A stretch of 64,000 nt of DNA from Nannocystales bacterium. GTDB lineage: Bacteria > Myxococcota_A > Polyangia > Nannocystales > Nannocystaceae. The stretch is from the NCBI GenBank assembly GCA_050633305.1, contig JBOEGF010000010.1, positions 832,001 to 896,000 on the forward strand, given 5' to 3'. The position numbers and the translations under genes are program-made. Shown piece after piece: positions 1 through 9,937 of this stretch. The notes below the pieces were generated by a model. The model had not been told where the DNA came from and did no database searches. It was given only the letters and a program-made list of their open reading frames with translations. The first letter of the stretch is position 1, and each line of letters opens with the position of its first letter.

Positions 1-456
1 TGCAGTGTTCTTCTTGCTCGGCAGGAGAGCGAGGCCTCCGTTCCCGACCCGTGCCAGGCTGTGTTTCTCGACGCCAACGCGCGTTGCCCTGACGGGATCC
101 CGTTGTGCGGAGAGCGGACCATCTCCTTCGCTGCGGCATGTGAGGTCTCCGCGTCCCTGTGCGCCGACGGACACAGCTACTCAGCGCGGTGCTCAGAGCC
201 TGGTGCCACACAGAGCTGCGAGTGCGACCGCAACGGCGAGGTCGTGCAGACGGTCACGCTCCCCGGGGAGCTCGCCTGCGGAACGCCGGAGCTGTTTGAC
301 GAACTCAGCGACGCCTGCGGGTTCCCGCCGGGGGTCTTCTTGGCCCAGGACTCATCGCAACCCGAGACGACGTCATCGACAGAGTCTGCTCACGGTCCGG
401 CCCCTCGAGGCCCCGACCTCGAACAATTGTCGGACGCGGACTATCATCGCGCTTAG
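1..456 (+). CDS. 3' part of a Cys-rich hypothetical (probably secreted) protein, truncated by window start
   Basis: Frame is open from base 1 (CSVLLARQES...) to TAG at 454-456; Cys-rich, acidic composition like neighbouring secreted proteins. Confidence 0.6.
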   Translation, partial: CSVLLARQESEASVPDPCQAVFLDANARCPDGIPLCGERTISFAAACEVSASLCADGHSYSARCSEPGATQSCECDRNGEVVQTVTLPGELACGTPELFDELSDACGFPPGVFLAQDSSQPETTSSTESAHGPAPRGPDLEQLSDADYHRA

Positions 457-498
457 ACCGTGGCCTTCAATGCGTCCCGGTCGCCTCAGGCATCTGCA

Positions 499-2352
499 AT
501 GAGCCACCGACGCATCCCGATGCTTGTACTCGCCGGCCTGGTCTCAATCGGGTGTGGTGATGACGGGGGCGCCCTCGCCACGGTCTCGAGTGGTGCTCCG
601 ACGACGGCTGGGACGTCCTCCGGTGGAGATGCCGCGTCCACGATCACCTCGCCCACGGAGGCGGCATCCACGACGCCCTCGCCCACGGAGCCCACGTCGG
701 CGACCGAGACAACCGGACCCAACACGAGTGGGTGCGGAACGCAGTGCGGGACCGACACTTCGGCCGAGCCTTGCGGCGATGGGGTTTGCGACCCGCGGAG
801 GGAGACGGGGGAGACCTGTCCGGTCGACTGCACGTGTGGCGATGACGTTTGCGATGAGGCGGAAGACCGCGCCTCGTGTTCGTTGGACTGCGGCCCCACG
901 GTCGAGAGCTTGGACTGGGTCTCGCAGGACTTCGTGCTCGATGACCCCGCCGCCGACCCGTACTGCGTCCCCCATGCTCATCGGGGCGAGCAAGACTGGT
1001 TCTCCCCCGTTCGCTACATCCGTCGGGACGCCGTGCCTCGTCAGCAGTTCGCCGCAGTCCGCGTCCGGGCAGTGCATGAGGAGGGAATGTGGACCGACCG
1101 TGTACTCAGCACATTCGATGCTCCGCCCTACTTCGAAATGCAGCGGCGCACCGGCGCGGCCGAAGGTGTGTCTTGGGGAGGCGATGTCTATGAGAATGTG
1201 CCGCCCTACGTCTCGATCGTCGGCACCGACGACGGCTCGGACACCACGGGATGGTTCAACAACGAAGGGCCGAATGCTTGCCAGTACGGTGACGCGTGGG
1301 TCTCGTACGACGTGGGCGGCGTCCCACAGAGCCCTGGGGACGGCACCGTGCAGTGGTCCGATGAAGCCCAGACTCCGATCCGGGGGGTCCGACCGCCCGC
1401 CGTCGACAACTGCCCGGTTGCGCGTGGAGTCTCGCGCACCCGGTGGACGCTGTATCCCGACTTCGAGTTTGCGTCGACGGCGGACTGCGAAGACGGGGCG
1501 CGCAAGCGCATCGACACAATCGTCTCCGATCACGGCCCGGGCAACCTGTCTCACCACGAGGTGTTCTATTTCACCGACGTGTATGGGTTCACGCGTTGGG
1601 AACGATGGAACTGCGGCCCCGAACGGCAACTCGCGCCGCCCGACCCCGACTACGCGGCGTTGCGGTGCGACTACGAAAACTCGCCCAGCATCATGCACAT
1701 GTCGTACGCGGACCCCGAGGACCCATCCCTGTTGTGGCAGATTCAGAATGCAGAGGGTCTGTACTGCCAACTGCTCGATTGCCGGGACACCTCGTTCATC
1801 ACCCCGGTCGACCCTCCCGGGTGGATGCCAGCGGCGTGGCGGCCAGGGGCCATGGTGTACTTCATGGGCAACATCCTTCTTGACCCGGATTTCGGGTGGA
1901 GCGATGCCGGCGTAGCACCCAGCAGCTTCTGGACTCATGAGGGAAGCATGAACTCGGTCGTTCAGACCGATGCAGACGACGGACATCACGCCGTACTATC
2001 CACCGACCTGTCTGGGCCCGGATGGTTCTCGCAGCTCGTCTCCCTGGATGCAGCGCGCGCTCGGTTGGGAAACAGTACCGATGGCCTCTTCGTGCACTTT
2101 GGTGCGCGGGTGCGGGCGAGCGCCGATGGCCAAGCAATCCAGCTCGCCGTGGTCCAGTGGGATCAAGAACTCACGGAGCCTCTCTCGGTCGACGTCGAGG
2201 GCGGCGTGGCCGGAGAGGCAGCTGCGCATGTCTCGGCCACCACCGCGTTTCAAGGCGACGCCCGTTGGATACAACTCCGTGTTCGGCTGGACGCGAACGT
2301 CCAGGGCGTGGAACTCGACGACCTGTTCGTGGTGATCTCGGATCAGGAGTGA
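499..2352 (+). CDS. Lipoprotein with Thr/Ser linker, myxobacterial Cys-rich repeats, unknown central domain and possible C-terminal carbohydrate-binding-like beta domain
   Basis: Signal/lipobox MSHRRIPMLVLAGLVSIG-C; CGDGVCD..ETCPVDC and CGDDVCD..SCSLDC repeats; ATG at 499 preferred over GTG 460. Confidence 0.75.
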   Translation: MSHRRIPMLVLAGLVSIGCGDDGGALATVSSGAPTTAGTSSGGDAASTITSPTEAASTTPSPTEPTSATETTGPNTSGCGTQCGTDTSAEPCGDGVCDPRRETGETCPVDCTCGDDVCDEAEDRASCSLDCGPTVESLDWVSQDFVLDDPAADPYCVPHAHRGEQDWFSPVRYIRRDAVPRQQFAAVRVRAVHEEGMWTDRVLSTFDAPPYFEMQRRTGAAEGVSWGGDVYENVPPYVSIVGTDDGSDTTGWFNNEGPNACQYGDAWVSYDVGGVPQSPGDGTVQWSDEAQTPIRGVRPPAVDNCPVARGVSRTRWTLYPDFEFASTADCEDGARKRIDTIVSDHGPGNLSHHEVFYFTDVYGFTRWERWNCGPERQLAPPDPDYAALRCDYENSPSIMHMSYADPEDPSLLWQIQNAEGLYCQLLDCRDTSFITPVDPPGWMPAAWRPGAMVYFMGNILLDPDFGWSDAGVAPSSFWTHEGSMNSVVQTDADDGHHAVLSTDLSGPGWFSQLVSLDAARARLGNSTDGLFVHFGARVRASADGQAIQLAVVQWDQELTEPLSVDVEGGVAGEAAAHVSATTAFQGDARWIQLRVRLDANVQGVELDDLFVVISDQE

Positions 2353-2485
2353 CCGACCGCGCTTCGCTGGAGCGTGGAGCTTCGGAGCCCACGAGCGCCG
2401 TCGCTGGGAGTCCTGTCGCTCCCAGGTGCCACGGAAACCCTGCGGCTTCACTCCGAGCCGCTCTCGCCGCAGACCACCGATCCCA

Positions 2486-5206
2486 TCAGGGGAGCTGCAC
2501 CGTCAGCGTCGTGTGGAGCACATCGTCCTCATCGACCTTGTTCTTCAGGGCCTGCAGCCTCGAGTACTGAGCGTCGGAGTCATAGAACATCTTCTGCACG
2601 CGCTTCGCCTTCATGTTGGTGTCGCTCGGTTTTCCGAACGTTCCCCAGAATACGCGTCGCTCCTGGTCCGGGCTGAAGTACGTGTCGACGACCTCTTGCA
2701 TCCTCTGTTGGAAGTCGAGGGCGTCGTTCTCGTGGCCGCGCTCGTAGAACAGGTCGAAGACAAAGCAATACACGTAGTCACGCTGTGGAATCGAGGTGCT
2801 CGTGCGTCCCTTGGCCCGATACTCGCCCCCGCCAAACAACATCTGAAACACGAGCTTTACCCCCGAGGACCCGCTGACGACATCGTCGACCAACTCGACG
2901 AAGTGACGGACGAAGTCATCACTGAGCGGGCTCATGGTGCAGTTGATGCGCTTCTTGTACGGATACGAAAACTCGCGCCCGTCCCAGGTCGTCATCGGCC
3001 AGCGCCGGACGAACGAGTTCGAGATCTTGGAGAGCGGGAGCGGCCCCTCTTTTTCCCGCAGTCGCTCCCACCAGCTCATCCCGGACCGCGCGACGTTGAC
3101 CACCTCGTCGAACTCCTTCATTCCCGGGGCTTGAGGACTGGTCCGATTCTTGTGAACGAGCTCGGCCAGCAGAACCGGGAAGGGACTGCGCCCTTTGGAC
3201 TCCACGGTCATCATGAAGTCGATGTTGTCCGAAAGGGTGCCTGCGGCGACTTTCTGCGTCCACAGCTGCACCTGCACCATCAGCTTCTTGTAGAGGGACT
3301 TCTTGTACTTTCGGATCGCATCGTAGCGATACGACTTCTTGTGATCGGTATCCTTGATGAGCTCGAAGGTGTAGCGCGTCACGATGCCGAAGCTTCCCGC
3401 GTTGCCGCCCAACACCCCCCAGTAGAGCTCTTCGTCGGCCTTGCGCTTGGCGGTCGTCGCGGGCGTGTTCGGGTCGGGGCGCTGAACCGTGCGGACGGTC
3501 CCGTCTGCCAGTACGATCTCGAACGCCGCGACGTAGTCCAACGCGAGGCCGAAGCCCCGGACCAGGTGTCCGTAGCCTCCGGTCTGAGCGTGCCCACCGA
3601 TTGCGACCTTTGGACACTCACCATGCGGGAAGGTGACCCCGTGCTCTGCGTTGGCCTTTGCCAGTGTGTTCAGGCGCGCCGCCGGTCCGAGCTCGAGGAC
3701 CCCGCCGCGGTAAAGGACCTCATCGAAGCGGTCCATCGACAACACGATCGTATCGCGGCCGCCCGACGACTTGCCTGTGTACTGGTGGCCGCCGCTTCGG
3801 GCGACAACGCTCTTGCCCTTCTTCGTCGCGTGAGCCAGAGCAACCTGGATGTCCTTGATGCTCCGGGGATAGGCGACCATGAGCGGGCGCATCTTGGCCT
3901 TGGGGTACGAGGACGTCGCATATTGCCGTGCGTGCCTCGTGTAGCCCCAGCTCGACTGGGTGTAGATCTGTCCCTCGAATCCCGGAATGGGCCCGGACCG
4001 AGAGGTCAGGGAGAGTGGGGCCGGAAGGGCCGAGCGGGCCCTGTGAAGCGCCATGCGTTTCGACACCGATGTCGCCAGGGAACCGGCACGACGAGGCCGA
4101 GTCTCGTGGTGCACGACTTCGAGGTCGTCGTTGGTGTTCACGAACAGCCGAGAGGAGAGCTGGACTTCACCGTCGGGATGCGACGAAAGGTGCGCCACGA
4201 ACCCCCGGGTCACGCGCCCCACGAAGTCTCCCCACCCACCACGGTCGGTCTCGACCTCACCGTCCCGATCCGTCTCCACAGCGGCGTCCGAGAACACACC
4301 GAAGCGTGCGCTCGCAATCGAGTCGATGACCTCCGCACCGCTGCGTTCCTCGGTGTAGATATGGCTGTTGAACTTCTTGGGCAACCGTTGGAGCGCCGCT
4401 TCGATGATGGCCCGAAGCTTCTGTTGTTTCTTGGCGCCGCCTGTCCCAACGGCGTCAATCGTCACGAGCGGCAGCCCGTAGCTTCCCATATAACTGTCGA
4501 GGACCAGGTCGACCCCCTTGGGAATTCCACCGGACGAAACAAAGAGAGCTTCGGCAACCTCGGAGAGCTCTTCCCCAGGGTAGGGGAACGTCGAGCGCAT
4601 CATCCATAACGCTTTGGCCTTCTTGGCTTGGAACGTGACCTCGACGATGACGGCATCGGTCGTTCGTGCGCGTTCGAGGGCCGACGCTCCAGCTTTGGGC
4701 TTGAATGTCGTTTTTGTGCCATCGGATTTGACCGCGCGGATCGAAGTGATGTGTTGGGACCACGGGCCCAGCGTGCGGACGAGGCGGGATTCGTCCCGCA
4801 GTATGCTGGAGGCGATGCTCCTGCGGTTGCTGTCCGACAGGGGAAGCGCGAGCCCATTTTGAGATAGGATCTGCGCGAGTTCCTGGTTCGTGGCTGCGGC
4901 CTCGGCACGGACGAGGTTGCCGGTGACCTTGACGCCCGAGAGATCGGACATGTCGATCACGACCGCTCCTGTTCCGTCTTGAGTGTCCTGTTTGGCGACC
5001 TGGCGCCCGCTTCGATAAATTCGACGTCGACCCTGCGTCATTGCCATTGCGGTCTCAACGTCGGACTTGGACGCTGGGTACACGACATGGTGTGGCCCCT
5101 GGATGTCGAATGCGGGCATCCGAAAGTCATGTGCGGACTCTAATACTGTGCCCTCGAAGTTCCGTTTCTTCTTTGTTGCGGTTCCGGAACTCTTCGGAGA
5201 GGTCAT
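2486..5206 (-). CDS. FAD-linked oxidoreductase (berberine-bridge-enzyme/PCMH type) with a duplicated N-terminal FAD-binding-like domain
   Basis: Second domain has VVARSGGHQY and GECPKVAIGGHAQTGGYG, plus the BBE-like C-terminus FYDSDAQYSRLQALKNKVD; first domain has a similar pattern (VVYPASKSDVE, VVIDMSDLSGV). Confidence 0.85.
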   Translation of the reverse strand: MTSPKSSGTATKKKRNFEGTVLESAHDFRMPAFDIQGPHHVVYPASKSDVETAMAMTQGRRRIYRSGRQVAKQDTQDGTGAVVIDMSDLSGVKVTGNLVRAEAAATNQELAQILSQNGLALPLSDSNRRSIASSILRDESRLVRTLGPWSQHITSIRAVKSDGTKTTFKPKAGASALERARTTDAVIVEVTFQAKKAKALWMMRSTFPYPGEELSEVAEALFVSSGGIPKGVDLVLDSYMGSYGLPLVTIDAVGTGGAKKQQKLRAIIEAALQRLPKKFNSHIYTEERSGAEVIDSIASARFGVFSDAAVETDRDGEVETDRGGWGDFVGRVTRGFVAHLSSHPDGEVQLSSRLFVNTNDDLEVVHHETRPRRAGSLATSVSKRMALHRARSALPAPLSLTSRSGPIPGFEGQIYTQSSWGYTRHARQYATSSYPKAKMRPLMVAYPRSIKDIQVALAHATKKGKSVVARSGGHQYTGKSSGGRDTIVLSMDRFDEVLYRGGVLELGPAARLNTLAKANAEHGVTFPHGECPKVAIGGHAQTGGYGHLVRGFGLALDYVAAFEIVLADGTVRTVQRPDPNTPATTAKRKADEELYWGVLGGNAGSFGIVTRYTFELIKDTDHKKSYRYDAIRKYKKSLYKKLMVQVQLWTQKVAAGTLSDNIDFMMTVESKGRSPFPVLLAELVHKNRTSPQAPGMKEFDEVVNVARSGMSWWERLREKEGPLPLSKISNSFVRRWPMTTWDGREFSYPYKKRINCTMSPLSDDFVRHFVELVDDVVSGSSGVKLVFQMLFGGGEYRAKGRTSTSIPQRDYVYCFVFDLFYERGHENDALDFQQRMQEVVDTYFSPDQERRVFWGTFGKPSDTNMKAKRVQKMFYDSDAQYSRLQALKNKVDEDDVLHTTLTVQLP

Positions 5207-5655
5207 GCGAAGGACGCTATCACGGGTGCATCACCGAACGACCTCCCACGCTGGTGTTCACCAGTGACTCGTCCGGCCGGCTCGCGTATCCGCGTTCGCG
5301 TGGCTTGGTCCTGGCTTCTCGGTACACCGTTCAGGCTTTGCGAGAGTTGCGAGTTGCGAGTTGCTCGTCGCTTGGGCGAGAGCCTCATCGGCATGTGTCT
5401 TTGCTGCGCTCGCTCCTTCTGGTCGCGACCTTCACGACCGTGGATGGATTCGACAGGGGGAGTGCTGCAGAACAATCCACCGCGGTCAAAGCGAAGTTGG
5501 AACCCTCGGCTGTGGTTCAGGCGTTGGCGGAGCTGGCCGTATCGTCGGGCGCTGCTCGACGTCGAGACGCCGACGAAGGGGCCGGCTCACCGGCAAAGGC
5601 TGCGCGGACGAGGTTGGACGTGGACGCGGCGGAGACGGGGGCGTACGTCTGTGGT

Positions 5656-6327
5656 GTGGATCAGATCGAGTTCGAGTACTGGAGTGACCCGCTGTGCATC
5701 TGGGCCTACGTCGCCCAGCCGAAACTGGATGCCGTGCTCGAGCGTTATGGCGATCGGCTCTCGCCGCGCTACCGAGTGGTCCCGGTGTTCGGATCCATTC
5801 CGCAGCGGTTCAGGACGGGCTCGTGGGCGGAGGCCGGTCCGGAGGGACGAGCGGAGGCGACCAGGCGCGTCGCGCATGAGCACGACCAGCACAACGTCGA
5901 CGGCGCGTGCTGGCTCGAGGACTGCCCGTCGTCGTCGTGGTCCGCCGGATCGGCGCTGGCCTTGGTCCACAGGATGGCCGACGGGGGCACAACCTCGCGG
6001 ACTCAGGCGGAGCGGTACCAGTGGCGGATGCGTGAGCGGTTCTTCGTCGAGAGACAGAACGTGGCTCGGCGCTCGGTACAACTCGAGATCGCGGAGGAGA
6101 CTGGTATCCCCCGAGTGGAGCTCGAGCGGGGGCTCGACGACGGGACTGGGGTTTCGGCGTTGTGGGAAGACCACGCGCGCAGAGAGCAACTCGGGCTGCG
6201 TGGTTCGCCGACGTTTGTGTTCGACGGCGGTCGGGCGATTCTGTACGGAAACTTCTCCGAGGCGGTACTCAACGCCACCGTCGAGGAGCTGGTCAAAGGT
6301 CTGGTTGCGGGCGGTTCGGAATGCTGA
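5656..6327 (+). CDS. DsbA/FrnE-like thioredoxin-fold protein
   Basis: EYWSDPLCIWAY N-terminal motif and GLRGSPTFVF cis-Pro motif; GTG start at 5656 inferred. Confidence 0.8.
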   Translation: MDQIEFEYWSDPLCIWAYVAQPKLDAVLERYGDRLSPRYRVVPVFGSIPQRFRTGSWAEAGPEGRAEATRRVAHEHDQHNVDGACWLEDCPSSSWSAGSALALVHRMADGGTTSRTQAERYQWRMRERFFVERQNVARRSVQLEIAEETGIPRVELERGLDDGTGVSALWEDHARREQLGLRGSPTFVFDGGRAILYGNFSEAVLNATVEELVKGLVAGGSEC

Positions 6328-6394
6328 GGTGGTGAGTTCGGTCCATCGCCGCCGCGTTTGACAACAACGAACCTGTGAGACCCAATGGTGGCGG

Positions 6395-7756
6395 ATGCAC
6401 GGCGCGTGGAGGCTTTCGGTGTTGCTGCTCGCGTTGGGATGCGCGGAGCCTGCTCCGCTCGCGGAGCGCATGCCGTCTCCCGCGGGAACCCGACTGCGCC
6501 GAGCGGAGTCGGAACCCGAGCCGTGGTCGGAGCCGTGGATGCTTCGCGAGGGGCAGCGGTTCATCGAAGACACTGCGTATCGTCGGGCTGCGCTCGAGTA
6601 TTCGCTGGTCAATCCTGACAATCTCTACTCTCGGCAACGGCTCGCATCGTACGGACTCGGCGAGCGTCGCTGGGATCGGCTGCCCCAGTGGAACCCGCGA
6701 GCGAGCCCTGTGACGGGAGCGCTCGCCGCCCAGCTCGAGCGCGGAGAGGTCCCGGCAGCCCCAGCCGACCGCTTGTGGGACGGTATCCAGCCCTCGACGA
6801 TGGAAGGCTGGGTGGAGCTGGGACGGAAGGTCTTCTTCGGGTACCCGATGCGCGCGGAGGTCTACATGGAGTGGGGCCTGACCCAGCCATCCATCGCCGA
6901 GGCTGTGGGCGTGGAGCGGAGCGCCGAGGGCGACGTTCCTGGACTCGTGGTGTTCGTCGACGTGGACCGTGAGGTTCGGGTCGGCATCACCTGCGCCATC
7001 TGTCACACGTCGGTCGAGCAGGGAGGCGTGGTCGAAGGAGCGGCGCGGCGTAGCTTTGACTACGGACGGCTGCGATTGGAGTACTTCGCCGACACGGGTG
7101 CTTGGGTCGAGCCGAGCCTTGCAGCACGGATGGCTGGCTGGGGCCCCGGTCGTGCCGACGTCACGGAGGATGACGACGAGGACCCGGTGACCATCCCCGA
7201 CCTGTGGGGTCTTCGGCATCAACGCTGGCTGACGCAAGCGGGGACGATTCGTCACGATAGCCCGCTCGCCCTCGCGATCCGGCAAGAGACCCAGCTGACC
7301 GACTCGAATCACTCGATGGTCCGTCCGCCGCGAGCGCTGGCATGGGCGCTGGCAATGTACGTTTATTCGCTCGAGCCGGCGGAGCGCTCCGCGGTCGGCA
7401 GCCCCCGCGGGGAGGGGGTCTTTGATGAGCACTGTGGGTCGTGCCACTCGGGGCAGGGGTATGGCGGACGCATGATCGCCGCGGCCGCGATCGGCACCGA
7501 CCCTTCGCTCGCGACGGGCCGTGGTCGCGGCACGGGAAAGTACCGCGTCCCCTCGCTCGTCCGTGTCGCCGAGGGGGCCCCCTACCTGCACGACGGGTCG
7601 GTTTCGTCGCTTCGCGAGCTGTTGTCGCCCATGAGGCTGCGACCGGACTACGCGGACGGACGCTTTGGGCCCGGGCCGATTCCCGGGCACACGGCGGGGA
7701 CCGATCTCTCGGGCGAGGAGACGGAGTCTCTGCTCGAGTTCCTCCGCTCGATCTAA
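6395..7756 (+). CDS. Di-heme c-type cytochrome lipoprotein (CcP/MauG/RoxA-like C-terminus)
   Basis: Lipobox LLALG-C; two CxxCH (CAICH, CGSCH); YRVPSL...APYLHDGSV motif. Confidence 0.8.
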   Translation: MHGAWRLSVLLLALGCAEPAPLAERMPSPAGTRLRRAESEPEPWSEPWMLREGQRFIEDTAYRRAALEYSLVNPDNLYSRQRLASYGLGERRWDRLPQWNPRASPVTGALAAQLERGEVPAAPADRLWDGIQPSTMEGWVELGRKVFFGYPMRAEVYMEWGLTQPSIAEAVGVERSAEGDVPGLVVFVDVDREVRVGITCAICHTSVEQGGVVEGAARRSFDYGRLRLEYFADTGAWVEPSLAARMAGWGPGRADVTEDDDEDPVTIPDLWGLRHQRWLTQAGTIRHDSPLALAIRQETQLTDSNHSMVRPPRALAWALAMYVYSLEPAERSAVGSPRGEGVFDEHCGSCHSGQGYGGRMIAAAAIGTDPSLATGRGRGTGKYRVPSLVRVAEGAPYLHDGSVSSLRELLSPMRLRPDYADGRFGPGPIPGHTAGTDLSGEETESLLEFLRSI

Positions 7757-7765
7757 CGGGCGAGG

Positions 7766-8470
7766 TCAGGTCTTGACGTTGGGTGGCAGGCTTGCCGGGA
7801 CGTCCACGACGACGTTCTGCTCCAAGGTCTGGTCCGAGCCCGCGATTGAGACCACGGCCTTGACGGTGTACGTCTGGCTGCGACGATCCTTGACCTTGTT
7901 CCACTCAGGCGAGGTCACCCCATAGCTCACCGAGAGGTCTTGCCCGGGCTCGATCTTCTCGTCCCAGGGCGCGTAGCCGTCGGCGTCCGACCACACGCTC
8001 GGGGACTGGGTCTCGAGCATCCCCACGGATTCGCCGGAGGCAAGCCGGAGCTCCACCGACTTCACCGTGATCTGGGTCGGCGCGGCACCTTCGGGGGCGG
8101 TGACGGCGAGCTGAATCGAGCTCTGCTTGCAGCGGCGTTTCGCTCGCTTGCGCTTTGCGCCCGGCGCTTGGTCTCCCTTGAGCGTGCTCTTGCTCTTGCG
8201 CTTGGCGACCGGGGCGGCGGGCTTGGTGTTGGGTACCCCGCCACAGTCGTCCGCGAGCGTCGCCGCGGTCATGAGCACGATGACGTCAGCGGCTCCGGCT
8301 TCTGGCGCCGGGTCCTTCCCGGGCTCGGGTTCCGGCGTCACTTCCGGGACCGGTTGAGGCTCGGACTCGGGTTGTGCCGGCGAGACGGGGGGTTGCTCGT
8401 CCGCCGAGCTGGGTCCGGTCGGACTACAGCCCAACAAACCGACGACGATGACCGCGAGTCCCTTGCGCAT
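7766..8470 (-). CDS. Hypothetical lipoprotein
   Basis: MRKGLAVIVVGLLG-C lipobox, Pro/Glu linker, Lys-rich segment, beta-rich C-terminus. Confidence 0.75.
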   Translation of the reverse strand: MRKGLAVIVVGLLGCSPTGPSSADEQPPVSPAQPESEPQPVPEVTPEPEPGKDPAPEAGAADVIVLMTAATLADDCGGVPNTKPAAPVAKRKSKSTLKGDQAPGAKRKRAKRRCKQSSIQLAVTAPEGAAPTQITVKSVELRLASGESVGMLETQSPSVWSDADGYAPWDEKIEPGQDLSVSYGVTSPEWNKVKDRRSQTYTVKAVVSIAGSDQTLEQNVVVDVPASLPPNVKT

Positions 8471-8545
8471 CCGTCACGATACCAACCCGGGCAGCCCTGG
8501 TGCCCTCTTGACGCACCGCGACGTCTTCTGCGCCCCGGACGGGCG

Positions 8546-9922
8546 TCAGGCGGACGTTTTGCCCTTGGGCTTGGCGTTCCAGACCCGGCGGGCGAGGAGC
8601 AGGCCAATGAGGGCGACGGGGACCATGGCGACAGGCCACGCGAGCCAGTTGCCCGGGTCGGCGGCGGCTTCACCATCGGGAAGGATCTTGCCGTAGGTGA
8701 ACGACATCACCGCGGTGCCCGCATACACGAAGCCGTCGATGATGCCGACGGCGACGCCGACGTTCTTGCGGCCGCCAAAGTCCATGCTGGCGGTGCCGCT
8801 GAGCATGCCGTGGACACCGATGATGCACATCGACATGAAGACGATCGTCCACGGCAGGGCGGGGGAGCCCACGAGGAAGACCATCACCGCAGCGCCGGCC
8901 AGCATGAAACCGTACAGGGTTGCGGCGACTGGACCACGTCGGGAGTTGAAGATGTGGTCGGAGATGGTGCCCGCGAAGACGCCCCCCATGATGCCCGCGC
9001 AGCACAGCAGCATGCCCCAGTTTTCGTACACGAAGCTGTCGGTCTGCCCGATGCCTTTCGCGTAGGCCCGGTACCACTGCATGATCGCCTGGCGGAGGAA
9101 CCCGCTGCAGAACTCGATCGCGGCGATGGTCATCACCACGCTGTTGGTGAGCATCATCTTGAACACCGCGACCGCAGGGAGCCGGGGTCCGTCGTCACCG
9201 GAGGACGCATCCTCGGTATCGAAGTCCCCCAGGCCCGCATCGCCCGGGGTGTTCTTCACGGCAAAGAGCACGACGACAGCGATGATCGCGAGCAGAACGG
9301 AGGGCGTGAAGAATACCCACTCCAAGCTGAACGCATCGACGATCATGCCGCCGACATCGAACGCAAAGTAGATGCCCAGCGAGATCAGAATGCCAAAGAT
9401 GGCTCCGAACACGCCGCGCTCTCGAACGTGGAACCACGGCGCGTTGATCTTGACGATCGATACAGCGCCGAAGCTCTGAAAGTACATGTTGATGCCGTAG
9501 AGCACCGAGAACGTCGTGACGAGGTTCTGCGTGTCTCCGCTGAGCGTGACCCAGCCCATCGCTGCGTTGGCGAGCAGCGAGCCCGAGGCCCCGATGAGGA
9601 CGGCTTTCTTGCCCCCGATGCGGTCCGTGAGGGGGCCGTTGACGACGAATGAGGCGCCGTAGACCGCTGTGCCGACGCCGAAGATCGTGGCGAAATCGGC
9701 GTTGGTCATCAGGTCGCCGAACGCACCCTTGGCGACCGTCAGGTTGTAGCGCCCCATGTACAGGAACGCGTAGAGCATGCCGACCGGCAACCAGTTGCGG
9801 ATCCTGCGGGCCCGAAACGCCGCCGTATGGCCGACCTCGATACGAGGCAGCCGGCTCACCGTCAGTGCGATGACGACGAGCAGGATCAGGATCGGAGCGA
9901 AGTCTTGGATCCACTGCGGCAT
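8546..9922 (-). CDS. MFS transporter, organophosphate:phosphate antiporter (GlpT/UhpC-like) family
   Basis: Many hydrophobic helices; YAFLYMGRYNL, GPLTDRIGGK, WFHVRERG, SDHIFNSRRGP, GIIDGFVYAG motifs. Confidence 0.85.
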   Translation of the reverse strand: MPQWIQDFAPILILLVVIALTVSRLPRIEVGHTAAFRARRIRNWLPVGMLYAFLYMGRYNLTVAKGAFGDLMTNADFATIFGVGTAVYGASFVVNGPLTDRIGGKKAVLIGASGSLLANAAMGWVTLSGDTQNLVTTFSVLYGINMYFQSFGAVSIVKINAPWFHVRERGVFGAIFGILISLGIYFAFDVGGMIVDAFSLEWVFFTPSVLLAIIAVVVLFAVKNTPGDAGLGDFDTEDASSGDDGPRLPAVAVFKMMLTNSVVMTIAAIEFCSGFLRQAIMQWYRAYAKGIGQTDSFVYENWGMLLCCAGIMGGVFAGTISDHIFNSRRGPVAATLYGFMLAGAAVMVFLVGSPALPWTIVFMSMCIIGVHGMLSGTASMDFGGRKNVGVAVGIIDGFVYAGTAVMSFTYGKILPDGEAAADPGNWLAWPVAMVPVALIGLLLARRVWNAKPKGKTSA

Positions 9923-9937
9923 GACGGTGACTCGGGT

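Noticed and set aside
2426..4609. 727-aa plus-strand ORF (and similar long ORFs at 7940-9652, 12797-14416, 32067-33617, 49231-51111, 58619-60016)
   Set aside because: Antisense shadows of motif-bearing genes; expected from high-GC codon bias, no recognisable motifs
5041..5655. N-terminal extension of the DsbA-like ORF and GAGTTGC x3 repeat near 5343-5364
   Set aside because: Extension overlaps the divergent gene start and looks non-protein-like; repeat is too short to interpret
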